Shown here in pieces: positions 33,176-41,582 of a DNA stretch of 64,000 nucleotides (the stretch's first letter is position 1; every line of letters begins with the position of its first letter). Position numbers and translations under genes: made by a program. Where the stretch lies: positions 6,139 to 70,138 of the forward strand of contig CAVBBL010000006.1 of the NCBI GenBank assembly GCA_963593905.1. The letters run 5' to 3'. This DNA is from a bacterium (lineage in GTDB: Bacteria; Bacillota; Clostridia; Lachnospirales; Lachnospiraceae). Under the pieces are notes generated by a model. The model ran no database searches and was not told the origin of the DNA. It was given only the letters and a program-made list of their open reading frames with translations.

Positions 33176-34885
33176 TAGCCGCAGTGTGATATAACTGGTG
33201 TCTTCTTCTCTCGTCCTCCAAAGTTCGCCGCCAAAGGCCTTGATTCTCTCATTCCATTCCGAAGACAGATAAATCTCGTCCGTTGTATCCAGGGTCAGCT
33301 GCACCTGCAGCAGGGGGACGTCTGACTCTGGTTCTTTTTTTACCTCCAGTAAGGACATCCACACCCGCAGATACGGCAGGGAGTTCTCTATGACCGTCTC
33401 CATAAATTCCCCTGCACAAAGAATCAACTCGCCGTCAAAGACATCGCTCCCTATGCACTCCACATAGGTTTTGATACCGCACATGCGCAAGTACTCTAAG
33501 ACCTCCGACGTAGCAAGATAGAGTTCCTCCACTTGCACTTTTCCCTGTTGGGCGAGTAAAAGCAGATTAGAATGACGCTTGATATATGCCGCCAGAAGAC
33601 TGGCCCGCTGCATATTTCTGTCTACTTCCTGTTCTGCCTCTGCATCCTTCCCCTCTTTTTCGTCTGTCTTATTTATAATCTTTTCCGTCTGGTTCAGCAG
33701 TTCCTGCATCATCTCCAGCTGCTTGCCCACCGTACTGGCCATTTTGTCATAGAGCCTTGTCTTTTCCTCAATTCGGGCTTTTCGCTGTGCCAGTTTATTT
33801 TCCCCTTCCAGCATAGCATTTTCTTCTGTCAGAATGTCTCTATATTCTTCCAGCTCTCTGTTCAGACTGTTACGCTTGCTCACGTCCTCTGTCCAATAAC
33901 CGATGCCGCCCTGCAGCGTCTGACTATAGAGAAGCAGATCGCCGTTATGCAAGGAAATCGGCTCCCTTAACGCTGCTTCTGCCTGTTTTATATTGATGGC
34001 CACTGTATTTCCTGAGTGATAGCGTATCCTGCCCTTTCGATCTAGAATACCGCCCGAAGCAGCCGATAGGTTCCAGAGATTTTCATAATCATCATTAGAA
34101 TGGATCAGTCCGGCCTGAATCAATCCTTCTGTGAAGGCGATACAAAGTATGGAAAAAAACTCTGCCATATTGAATGTAAAATAATACCGAATCACCGGTA
34201 TACTGTAGACGCTTACCATGTAAATCAGACCGATAGCCAGGGGCAGCAGCGGCATCCAGATATGTTTTCTGCTGGAGGTAACCCTGCAGCGTTTCATGGC
34301 GATTACTAAGGAACTGCAGACCAGTACAATCACCCACAGCATGGTCAAATAATAAAAAATGCAATGCGTATAATTATCGCCGACATGCCACTGGCTTGCT
34401 CCTTTGGGAAAACCAAAGGCCTGTTGATGCAGATCATTGGTCATCATTCCGATGGAAAGCACGAAAGCCGGTATGTAAAGCCTTTTCCATTTCTTTTCGA
34501 TCCTATAATCCCAGGGTTTTCCTATGCACAATACAGCAAAAAAGACACATAGTACAGAATAAATGATGGGCGTGTAGTAAAAATACCACACATAGCGGAC
34601 GGCTGTTTCATTGTCCGAAAAAAAAGAGTGATTGACCAGCTTAACTAACAGCATCACACTCATAAACATGACCATCCAGGTAAAGTAACGCCTTTTTTCC
34701 TCCTGAAGCAGTCGACGTCGCATCTGTACACACCAGATATACAATGCCGCCAGCATCATCATCCCCTGGATATTATTGGCAGGAAATCCCTTCCAGCTGA
34801 TGCTTAAATGGGAAAATACGGCGGATAGGATCACCAGAAGAAGGCATATTATATTGACTCTCGTGGTCTCTTTACTGCTGTGCAT
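33149..34885 (-). CDS. 7TM histidine-kinase-like membrane protein, apparently degenerate (Tyr at the H-box position, no clear G1/G2)
   Basis: It has about 7 N-terminal TM helices. A coiled linker follows, then RIEEKTRLYDKMASTVGKQL, which aligns by eye with RxxIAxxLHDxxGQxL of HisKA_3. The C-terminal domain lacks DxG and GxG boxes. The last 7 codons (QPQQAAA) are encoded by hp1 of the repeat. Confidence 0.7.
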   Translation of the reverse strand: MHSSKETTRVNIICLLLVILSAVFSHLSISWKGFPANNIQGMMMLAALYIWCVQMRRRLLQEEKRRYFTWMVMFMSVMLLVKLVNHSFFSDNETAVRYVWYFYYTPIIYSVLCVFFAVLCIGKPWDYRIEKKWKRLYIPAFVLSIGMMTNDLHQQAFGFPKGASQWHVGDNYTHCIFYYLTMLWVIVLVCSSLVIAMKRCRVTSSRKHIWMPLLPLAIGLIYMVSVYSIPVIRYYFTFNMAEFFSILCIAFTEGLIQAGLIHSNDDYENLWNLSAASGGILDRKGRIRYHSGNTVAINIKQAEAALREPISLHNGDLLLYSQTLQGGIGYWTEDVSKRNSLNRELEEYRDILTEENAMLEGENKLAQRKARIEEKTRLYDKMASTVGKQLEMMQELLNQTEKIINKTDEKEGKDAEAEQEVDRNMQRASLLAAYIKRHSNLLLLAQQGKVQVEELYLATSEVLEYLRMCGIKTYVECIGSDVFDGELILCAGEFMETVIENSLPYLRVWMSLLEVKKEPESDVPLLQVQLTLDTTDEIYLSSEWNERIKAFGGELWRTREEDTSYITLRLKQPQQAAA

Positions 34886-34911
34886 ATCTACCTCTTTTAC
34901 GGATTCTTATT

Positions 34912-36123
34912 TTACAGCAATACATACTTCTGCAGTCTGTGAAAAGCTTCTTCCACCCGAGATTTGGGCAATGCCAGATTCATACGGATGGCATTATCGC
35001 CGTGGAAGGGTCTGCCGTCCTGCCAGGCCACACCTACTTCCCAACCGCCCTGCAATACCTCTTCAAAGGTTTTCCCATGTTTTTCACACCACTTCGTGAA
35101 ATTCAGAAAAAGCATATAAGTGCCCTGCGGTCTGGAAAATTCCACCTCCGGATAATGCTCCTTCAGATACCCGCAGGCATAGTCCATATTTTCCGAAAGC
35201 ACCTTGCACAGAGCATCGGTCCATTCTCTGCCCACCTGACTGTAAGCACCGATCAAGGCATGCATAGACAGTACATTCATGCTGTTGTAATGGCTCTTTC
35301 CACTCTTAGAGCGCACTCTGTCCCGAAGGTATTCATTGTAAATGATGTGATAGCTGCCCACCAATCCTGCCAGATTAAAGGTCTTACTGGGGGCATACAG
35401 AGCCACCGTGCGCTCTCTGGCATCCTCGCTGACAGATTGGGTGGGGATATGCTGATGGCCGTCCAGAAGGAGATCGGACCAGATCTCATCGGAAATTACC
35501 ATACAGTCATATTTTTGGTAAAGTGCCATGGCCTTTTCTATTTCCCAGCGCTCCCACACGCGTCCGGTGGGATTGTGCGGGCTGCAGAAGACTGCCGCAT
35601 GTATTCTGTTTCTGCGCAGTTTCTCTTCCATATCCTGATAATCCATGCGCCAGATACCTTGCTCATCCCGCACCAGGGGGCTTAGAACGATATGATAGCC
35701 ATTGTCCTCGATGCAGCCGGTAAAGCCGATATAGGTGGGGCTGTGGAGCAGCACGGCATCTCCCGGCGCTGCAAAAGCTGTCAGGGCAGAGATCACGCCT
35801 CCCAGAACACCATTTTCATAGTCGATGCAATCCGGTGTCAGTCCTGTCACACCGTTTCGATCTCTCTGCCAGCCGATGATGGCATCATAATAGGCTGGCG
35901 TAGGGGAAAAATAGCCAAAGGCAGGGTGGCTCACCCGTTGGATGATTGCCTCCTGTATAGAAGGCGCTGTGGGGAAGTTCATATCCGCCACCCACATGGG
36001 TATCAGATCAAAGCCTTCTTTGGGCGCCCGGGGCGCAAAGCTGCCGTCTCCCTCTCCCGGCATATCTACTGCGATGGCATCCTTGCCGTGTCTGTCTATG
36101 ATACTGGTAAAATCGAAGTCCAT
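34912..36123 (-). CDS. PatB/MalY-family PLP-dependent C-S lyase (cystathionine beta-lyase-like aminotransferase fold)
   Basis: It has MDFDFTSIIDRHGKDAIAVD, class I/II aminotransferase fold motifs (SPHNPTGRVW, YAPSKTFNLAG) and the PLP Lys in SKTFN. The start at 36123 follows GGAGACTAGC. Confidence 0.8.
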   Translation of the reverse strand: MDFDFTSIIDRHGKDAIAVDMPGEGDGSFAPRAPKEGFDLIPMWVADMNFPTAPSIQEAIIQRVSHPAFGYFSPTPAYYDAIIGWQRDRNGVTGLTPDCIDYENGVLGGVISALTAFAAPGDAVLLHSPTYIGFTGCIEDNGYHIVLSPLVRDEQGIWRMDYQDMEEKLRRNRIHAAVFCSPHNPTGRVWERWEIEKAMALYQKYDCMVISDEIWSDLLLDGHQHIPTQSVSEDARERTVALYAPSKTFNLAGLVGSYHIIYNEYLRDRVRSKSGKSHYNSMNVLSMHALIGAYSQVGREWTDALCKVLSENMDYACGYLKEHYPEVEFSRPQGTYMLFLNFTKWCEKHGKTFEEVLQGGWEVGVAWQDGRPFHGDNAIRMNLALPKSRVEEAFHRLQKYVLL

Positions 36124-36279
36124 GCTAGTCTCCATTTCTGAGCAGGTTCGCTGCGAAGAGGTGATGAGAATTCTGTATGCAGGAATTCTCTGATTTTCTT
36201 ATCATTTTACTATATTAGCTGCATTCCGAAAAGATGAGGGGATCATAATAAGATGAGTTATCGCAATAGAAATTACAGA

Positions 36280-36312
36280 TCAAGGTGTCAAGGTGCCGCC
36301 CGGCCATGCACC
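36280..36312. repeat. Solo 33-nt duplicate of the end of element copy B
   Basis: tcaaggtgtcaaggtgccgcccggccatgcacc compares with tcaaggtgtccgggtgccgcccggccatgcacc at 36360..36392. The offset is 80 bp. Confidence 0.8.
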
Positions 36313-36371
36313 TGCTCATTTAATCATTTTGATGTAATGCCTTTTGTAGACTTTACCATTCAAGGTGTCCG

Positions 36372-36640
36372 GGTGCCGCCCGGCCATGCACCGGGGCGCG
36401 GCAGATGTCTCGCACCATGCACTTTGCACCGTTTTGCTAAGGTTCGCCTCTCGCCTTCGGATGGCCGGCCCTTAACTCGCATCCCCGCTTGATGCGGGTC
36501 TGCTCAGACAGGCGGGCCTATCGAGCGCGCTCTGAAAGCGCGCCCGATACCATCCTCCGGCTTCGATGCCAACCTAAGCAAAACTGGCGCGCAGTGCAAA
36601 GGATGCGAGCCATTCTGCCACGCCCCGGTGCATTACGTTT
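36372..36640 (-). repeat. GC-rich 269-nt multi-stem element, copy B (inverted relative to copy A)
   Basis: Its reverse complement aligns end to end with 21879..22147, with about 25 differences. Three of these are compensatory pairs within predicted stems. Confidence 0.8.
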
Positions 36641-36726
36641 TGCCAATTCATAATAAACAACCCAGAAATAAGATTCTTTGTATAACAATTCCGGAATATG
36701 TATAAATTGATAATTCCGCACCGTGC

Positions 36727-36777
36727 AATAAAAAAGGCAGACAAAGACACAAGTTATATAACTGTGTCTTTGTCTGC
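36727..36777 (-). terminator. Terminator after the YeiH-family gene
   Basis: A 14-bp stem GCAGACAAAGACAC/GTGTCTTTGTCTGC is followed in minus sense by CTTTTTTATTG. Confidence 0.75.
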
Positions 36778-36818
36778 AACGTTTTTCATACAGAACAGCT
36801 TTTTAGCCATAACTGTTA

Positions 36819-37856
36819 TTACCAAATTCGCATGACGTGCTGCATCAGGAGGCTGACGACGGTAATGCCGCACCAGCAGCAGGCACCCACCAGGATGGGC
36901 TTTCCTCCGGTCTTCACTAATTTGATCACGTTACTGTTCAGGCCAATCGCTGCCATGGCCATGATGATCAGGAACTTGGACAGCTCCTTTAAGGGATTAA
37001 AAGTACTTGCCTCTATACCCATATTAACGCAAATGGTGGTGATAACGGCTGCAATTATAAAGTAAAGAATAAACATGGGAAAAGCTCTTTTTAAGCTGAA
37101 CTTTGTCGCCTGTTTTCCCTCTTTTTGGCTCTTGCCGGCGCGAATCAGTGAAAGTATCAGTGTTATAGGAATAATGGCCAGTGTTCTGGTAAGCTTGACG
37201 GTCACAGCTTTATTCAGGGTCTCACTGCCAAGGTTCCACATGCTGTCCCAGGTGGACGCCGCTGCCGTCACTGAAGAGGTGTCGTTGATGGCGGTACCTG
37301 CAAAGATGCCGAAGGCATCCCCGTGCAGCGTATCAAAGCCGATAGCTTTTCCCAGAATCGGGAAAAAGATGGCTGCGAGCACATTGAAGAAAAAGATCAC
37401 GGCGATAGACTGGGCCACTTCATTATCATCTGCGTCGATGACAGGTGCTGTAGCCGCAATGGCAGATCCGCCGCAGATAGAGGAGCCGACGCCTACCAGA
37501 ATGGCTGTATTGGAGGGCACCTTCCATAGCTTTTGCAGTGCCCAGGCGATGACCAGAGATGTGGTGATGGTGCAGACGATGATGGGAAGGGACTGTCTGC
37601 CTGTCTCAAAAATCACGCCCAGATTCATGCCAAAGCCAAGGAGTACCACTGCGGTCTGCAAAATGATCTTTGAAGTCCATTTGATGCCTGCCTCTGCCTT
37701 TCCCTTATCCTGCCAGAACATAGCGATGACCATCCCTGCCAGGATCGCTGTCACAGCGCCGCCGATCACGGGAAAGAGCTTTCCGATGCCCCACGCCGGT
37801 ATGGCGATCAGCAGGCATACCAGAATACCTGTAGCGTTTTTCTTTAAAAAATACAT
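36819..37856 (-). CDS. YeiH/UPF0324-family putative sulfate/anion exporter membrane protein
   Basis: MYFLKKNATGILVCLLIAIPAWGIGKLFPVIGGAV is present, with about 10 TM helices. A divergent LysR gene sits nearby, as in the yeiE-yeiH arrangement. The start at 37856 follows AAAGGAAGT. Confidence 0.7.
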   Translation of the reverse strand: MYFLKKNATGILVCLLIAIPAWGIGKLFPVIGGAVTAILAGMVIAMFWQDKGKAEAGIKWTSKIILQTAVVLLGFGMNLGVIFETGRQSLPIIVCTITTSLVIAWALQKLWKVPSNTAILVGVGSSICGGSAIAATAPVIDADDNEVAQSIAVIFFFNVLAAIFFPILGKAIGFDTLHGDAFGIFAGTAINDTSSVTAAASTWDSMWNLGSETLNKAVTVKLTRTLAIIPITLILSLIRAGKSQKEGKQATKFSLKRAFPMFILYFIIAAVITTICVNMGIEASTFNPLKELSKFLIIMAMAAIGLNSNVIKLVKTGGKPILVGACCWCGITVVSLLMQHVMRIW

Positions 37857-38164
37857 TTGTACTTCCTTTCTGCGCCGGCGCCCATGTTCCTGTCCTTGAC
37901 CGGCCTGTCGATCGGATAACGGATGATTTCTGACAAAACGGAGTTCTCCGCAAGGATGACCGGTGTGCCATATCACATGGGCAGCGGCAATACTTTCTTC
38001 TTTTCAACCGGCATTGTATCACTGTACAATAATAAGGTAAAATTATATATTTCTATAGAATGATAAATTTATTTTATTATACTTTAACTGCTGTCTTTCA
38101 CCTGTTTTTGATCTGATTTGTCAATGACTCTTCACAGCTATATTGCTCAGAAAGGATGATTCCT

Positions 38165-39052
38165 ATGCTAGATTTCAGAACAGAGACCTTTCTCACTGTA
38201 TGTCAGACTCTGAATTACACGGCAGCAGCCAGGCAGCTGCACATTACGCAGCCTGCCGTCTCCCAGCATATTCACTTTCTGGAAAAAGAATACGGTGTCC
38301 CTCTTTTTCTGTATAAAAACAAACAGCTTTTCCTTACTGACGCCGGAGAAATACTCCGCAAGCATCTGCTGACCATCCAGAATGATGAGAAAGCAGTAAA
38401 GGAAGAACTGCGCTCTGTTCGTGCCGGCATAGAGACGCTTTCCATAGGGGTCACCATGACCATCGGTGAGTATGCCATTGTCGATCGGCTCTCCGATTAT
38501 CTGCACCTCCATCCGGAAATCAATCTGCATCTTCACTACGGCAATACCTCTCAGCTGCTGCAGCTGTTGGATCAGGGACAGATCCGCATGGCTATCGTAG
38601 AGGGAAACTATCCAAAAGGAAACTATGCCCACCAAAAATACAGCACAGAGGACTATATCGCCGTCTGTGCTGTATCACATCATTTTATAAAATCTGATCC
38701 GCTGCATATCACTGATCTTACAGAAGAGCGCCTGCTGGTGCGGGAACATGGATCCGGCACCAGAGACATTCTGGAGCAAAGCCTGACAACCAGAGGAATT
38801 CATATCTCTGATTTCCGGCATTACATTGAGGTAGAAAACATGCATACCATCATCGGTCTCCTGAAAAGGGACTGCGGCATTTCTTTTCTGTACAGGATCG
38901 CGGTGGAGGAAGAGCTGCAAAAAGGAACTATACGGGAAATTTCTCTGGAGGATTTCCGGATGCAGCATGACTTTGACATGATCTGGGAAAAAGGCAGCAT
39001 CTATACCGATAAATTTCTTTCCATCTCAGAAGCCATTACAAAGAACAAATAA
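38165..39052 (+). CDS. LysR-family transcriptional regulator
   Basis: The HTH is FLTVCQTLNYTAAARQLHITQPAVSQHIHFLE, followed by a LysR substrate-binding domain. The ATG at 38165 has AAAGGA 8 nt upstream. The ORF track start is 38156. Confidence 0.85.
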   Translation: MLDFRTETFLTVCQTLNYTAAARQLHITQPAVSQHIHFLEKEYGVPLFLYKNKQLFLTDAGEILRKHLLTIQNDEKAVKEELRSVRAGIETLSIGVTMTIGEYAIVDRLSDYLHLHPEINLHLHYGNTSQLLQLLDQGQIRMAIVEGNYPKGNYAHQKYSTEDYIAVCAVSHHFIKSDPLHITDLTEERLLVREHGSGTRDILEQSLTTRGIHISDFRHYIEVENMHTIIGLLKRDCGISFLYRIAVEEELQKGTIREISLEDFRMQHDFDMIWEKGSIYTDKFLSISEAITKNK

Positions 39053-39104
39053 AACACAGGATGGATATGCATGCCGGCTGTTGCTTTTATTGCTTTTATT
39101 GTTT

Positions 39105-41105
39105 TTACTGTTCTTCCAGATAACTCTCAGTGGGCATCTGGGGTGCATCTTCCAGATTTGTCACATCCAGATATCCCTTGATGGGGAAATTATCAAAGGC
39201 CAGACCGCCCAAATACTCATAGCTGTCCAATCCGTCTATGCTGCACATGGTGTCCAGAAATTCTGACCAGTCTACCCATTTGTCCACTTTACCTACGTAG
39301 AGATAGCTCTCCCCGGGATTGACCACGGACACTGCATATTCGTTGCGGAAATAGTCCCCTTCTATCAGTTCCTCTTCTGTCAGATCCGGATTTTCCTCTC
39401 TGACCTTGTCATTATAATCCTCTGTCCGATCTTTGTCGAAGCCGTAATTGATGAACATTCTGTAATATTCCTGATTCTCATAGGTCTGCTTCTGCGTCAC
39501 CACCACGGCGTATTTCTGTCCTTTTTTCAGTTCCAGTCCGCCGTCATCGATCTCGAGGCGGTGATAACCGGCATGTTCAAAGGTAAGTTCACCGCTGGCT
39601 GCACTCTCTCCGTCGCAGGGAGTCTTAAAATCATCCTCCAGCAGGTAGCATTCCAGTTCCACCTCGATATTCTCTGCGTCTGTCTTGCACATAACGGAGC
39701 GGAGCACGCCGTCTGCCTCAGCGGTAAAGACGTTGGCCGTGGAAATCTTATTTTTTCCGGTCCAGCTCATCTCCTGACCGCTGGCCAGGAAATCGTATTG
39801 GTCAATAATGGTATCCACTGTATCTGCCATATCTGTGTCAAAGAGATATGCCTGCATATCGCTGAGGCTTCGGTCATAGTAAGAGATATAGAAATAACCT
39901 GTACTGTATCCCCCTTCGTCCACAATGCCCCAGGGACTGGCATTCGGGAAGGAGGAATAATCTGATCCCCAGCTGTTCTTGACGATCCAGGCGCCGTCTC
40001 CTTCGGGCAGATGAGCCTCGCCATCTCCGTCAGGATCATCAGTATGATCCAGAAAATCCTCTCTGGAAATGGTATCGTCCCATCCCACGATAGTCACCTC
40101 ATGATTGGAAGGACTTCCATCATAGGTAAAGTGGGTCCAATGGTTATCCGCTGTGTTGATATAGGAAGGTATTTCCTCCTCTGCATTTTCCGCATAAGGG
40201 GAATAACTATCCGCACAGATCGCCACAGTGATGGCACGACCGCTGAGAAGCACATCCTTCATCGTATCTGTGGCTCCCTGGTCGTATCCCTTGTAATTGG
40301 CCTCCCGCTCTTCCTTGTCTGCGCTGGTCTCGCCGATATTCCCTGTATAGACTGCCGGAGAGAGCAGTACGTCCGCACTCATCAGCTCATAGTTGTGAAC
40401 GAAACGGTACTCCTCAGGAACAGACCAATCATCCTCTGTGCTGTAATTTAAGGGATCACCGTCCTCGTCATCGACAGTATTGCCTTCCTTACCTCTGTAG
40501 GGAATCATGGACTCCGGCGCAATGCCTACACCGGAGGCTAACAGTGTGGTCGCCTCTGCCGTGGTGCCCCCGGCGTCCATGGGAGAGACATCGAAAAGAG
40601 TATGCATACCCTCTCCGTCCTGGCTGGAGCCGTCACTGAGACCGGTACCGGAGAAATAACCGATCTGGTGCTCGGAGAGATCCAGCCCGGTCTCCTCATA
40701 GGTCTGATCCAGACTGGAAAGGATGCTGGTCTCCGCAGCTGCTACGGTACCGAATACCCAGCAGCTGCCCCAGGGAGTTTGGTCCTTGACCGGTGTCACA
40801 TAGCCATAGTCCCGCAGATCAAACTGCTCAGGAAAATCGCCTGTGGATTCATCAGAGGGCTCCCGTTCCACTACCACATTCTCATCTTCATCATAGAGAG
40901 CAAGGACAATATCCTGCATGCTGGGCTCGCTCTCGGGCATGAGCATAAGAGCGGTAAAGGAAACCACTACTACGCCAACGACAATGAGCAGACCATTGCG
41001 GAGCTTGTGGGACTTCTTTTTCTTCATCGTGTTGCCGGAGAGCTGTGCCTCTGTATAAAGCACTTCTCCGGTATTCTGGCTGTTATTCTTTTTCTTTCTT
41101 CTCAT
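39105..41105 (-). CDS. Membrane-anchored papain-like (C1 family) cysteine peptidase with large C-terminal extension
   Basis: The start is MRRKKKNNSQ at 41105. It has the TM LLIVVGVVVVSFTALMLM. The catalytic Cys is in KDQTPWGSCWVFG, the His in NHEVTIVGWDD and the Asn-Trp in WIVKNSWG. The ORF track start at 41225 is an extension through the repeat. Confidence 0.85.
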   Translation of the reverse strand: MRRKKKNNSQNTGEVLYTEAQLSGNTMKKKKSHKLRNGLLIVVGVVVVSFTALMLMPESEPSMQDIVLALYDEDENVVVEREPSDESTGDFPEQFDLRDYGYVTPVKDQTPWGSCWVFGTVAAAETSILSSLDQTYEETGLDLSEHQIGYFSGTGLSDGSSQDGEGMHTLFDVSPMDAGGTTAEATTLLASGVGIAPESMIPYRGKEGNTVDDEDGDPLNYSTEDDWSVPEEYRFVHNYELMSADVLLSPAVYTGNIGETSADKEEREANYKGYDQGATDTMKDVLLSGRAITVAICADSYSPYAENAEEEIPSYINTADNHWTHFTYDGSPSNHEVTIVGWDDTISREDFLDHTDDPDGDGEAHLPEGDGAWIVKNSWGSDYSSFPNASPWGIVDEGGYSTGYFYISYYDRSLSDMQAYLFDTDMADTVDTIIDQYDFLASGQEMSWTGKNKISTANVFTAEADGVLRSVMCKTDAENIEVELECYLLEDDFKTPCDGESAASGELTFEHAGYHRLEIDDGGLELKKGQKYAVVVTQKQTYENQEYYRMFINYGFDKDRTEDYNDKVREENPDLTEEELIEGDYFRNEYAVSVVNPGESYLYVGKVDKWVDWSEFLDTMCSIDGLDSYEYLGGLAFDNFPIKGYLDVTNLEDAPQMPTESYLEEQ

Positions 41106-41413
41106 TTTTACCTCTTTGAGCCGCAGCTCGTCTGCGGCTATGTGAGGAGAATTTCGCGAAGGCGAATTCTCCGATACAATTAGCAAGGATGCCGAAGGTA
41201 TCCTTGCAATGACGAAAAATGGCATCAGACATTTTTCGTCATTTTCCCTCTTTAAGCCGCAGCTCGTCTGCGGCTATGTGAGGAGAATTTCGCGAAGGCG
41301 AATTCTCCGATACAATTAGCAAGGATGCCGAAGGTATCCTTGCAATGACAGAAAATGACATCAGTCATTTTCTGTCATTTTCCCTCTTTCAGCAGCAGCT
41401 TGTCTGCGGCTGC
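41106..41413. repeat. 136-nt four-hairpin modular repeat, 2.2 tandem units directly upstream of the peptidase start
   Basis: CCTCTTT recurs at 41111, 41247 and 41383, giving a period of 136. The hp1-hp4 order is the same as at 33004..33175. The last unit ends CTCAAAGAGGTAAAAATG (SD and start). Confidence 0.9.
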
Positions 41414-41502
41414 ATAATACGATCTGACGTTTTCAGCATCATGTTTCGCAGTTTACCTGATGCCTTATACTCAAAGCGTAACAACCGCTTTCCCCTTGCT
41501 AT

Positions 41503-41560
41503 GAAAAAAGCCGAGCGAAAGAGGACTGACAAAAATGCCCGCCTCCCTCTTCCTCGGCTT
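41503..41560 (-). terminator. Terminator after the alanine:cation symporter gene
   Basis: The minus sense reads AAGCCGAGGAAGAGG...CCTCTTTCGCTCGGCTT then TTTTCATAG. Confidence 0.6.
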
Positions 41561-41582
41561 ACTGCTGCATGATAAAACTTTC

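Noticed and set aside
21879-36640. Diversity-generating retroelement (template/variable repeat pair) as an explanation for the two 269-nt copies
   Set aside because: The differences are not restricted to adenines; about half involve T, C or G. Neither copy lies in a coding region, and no reverse transcriptase gene is in the window.
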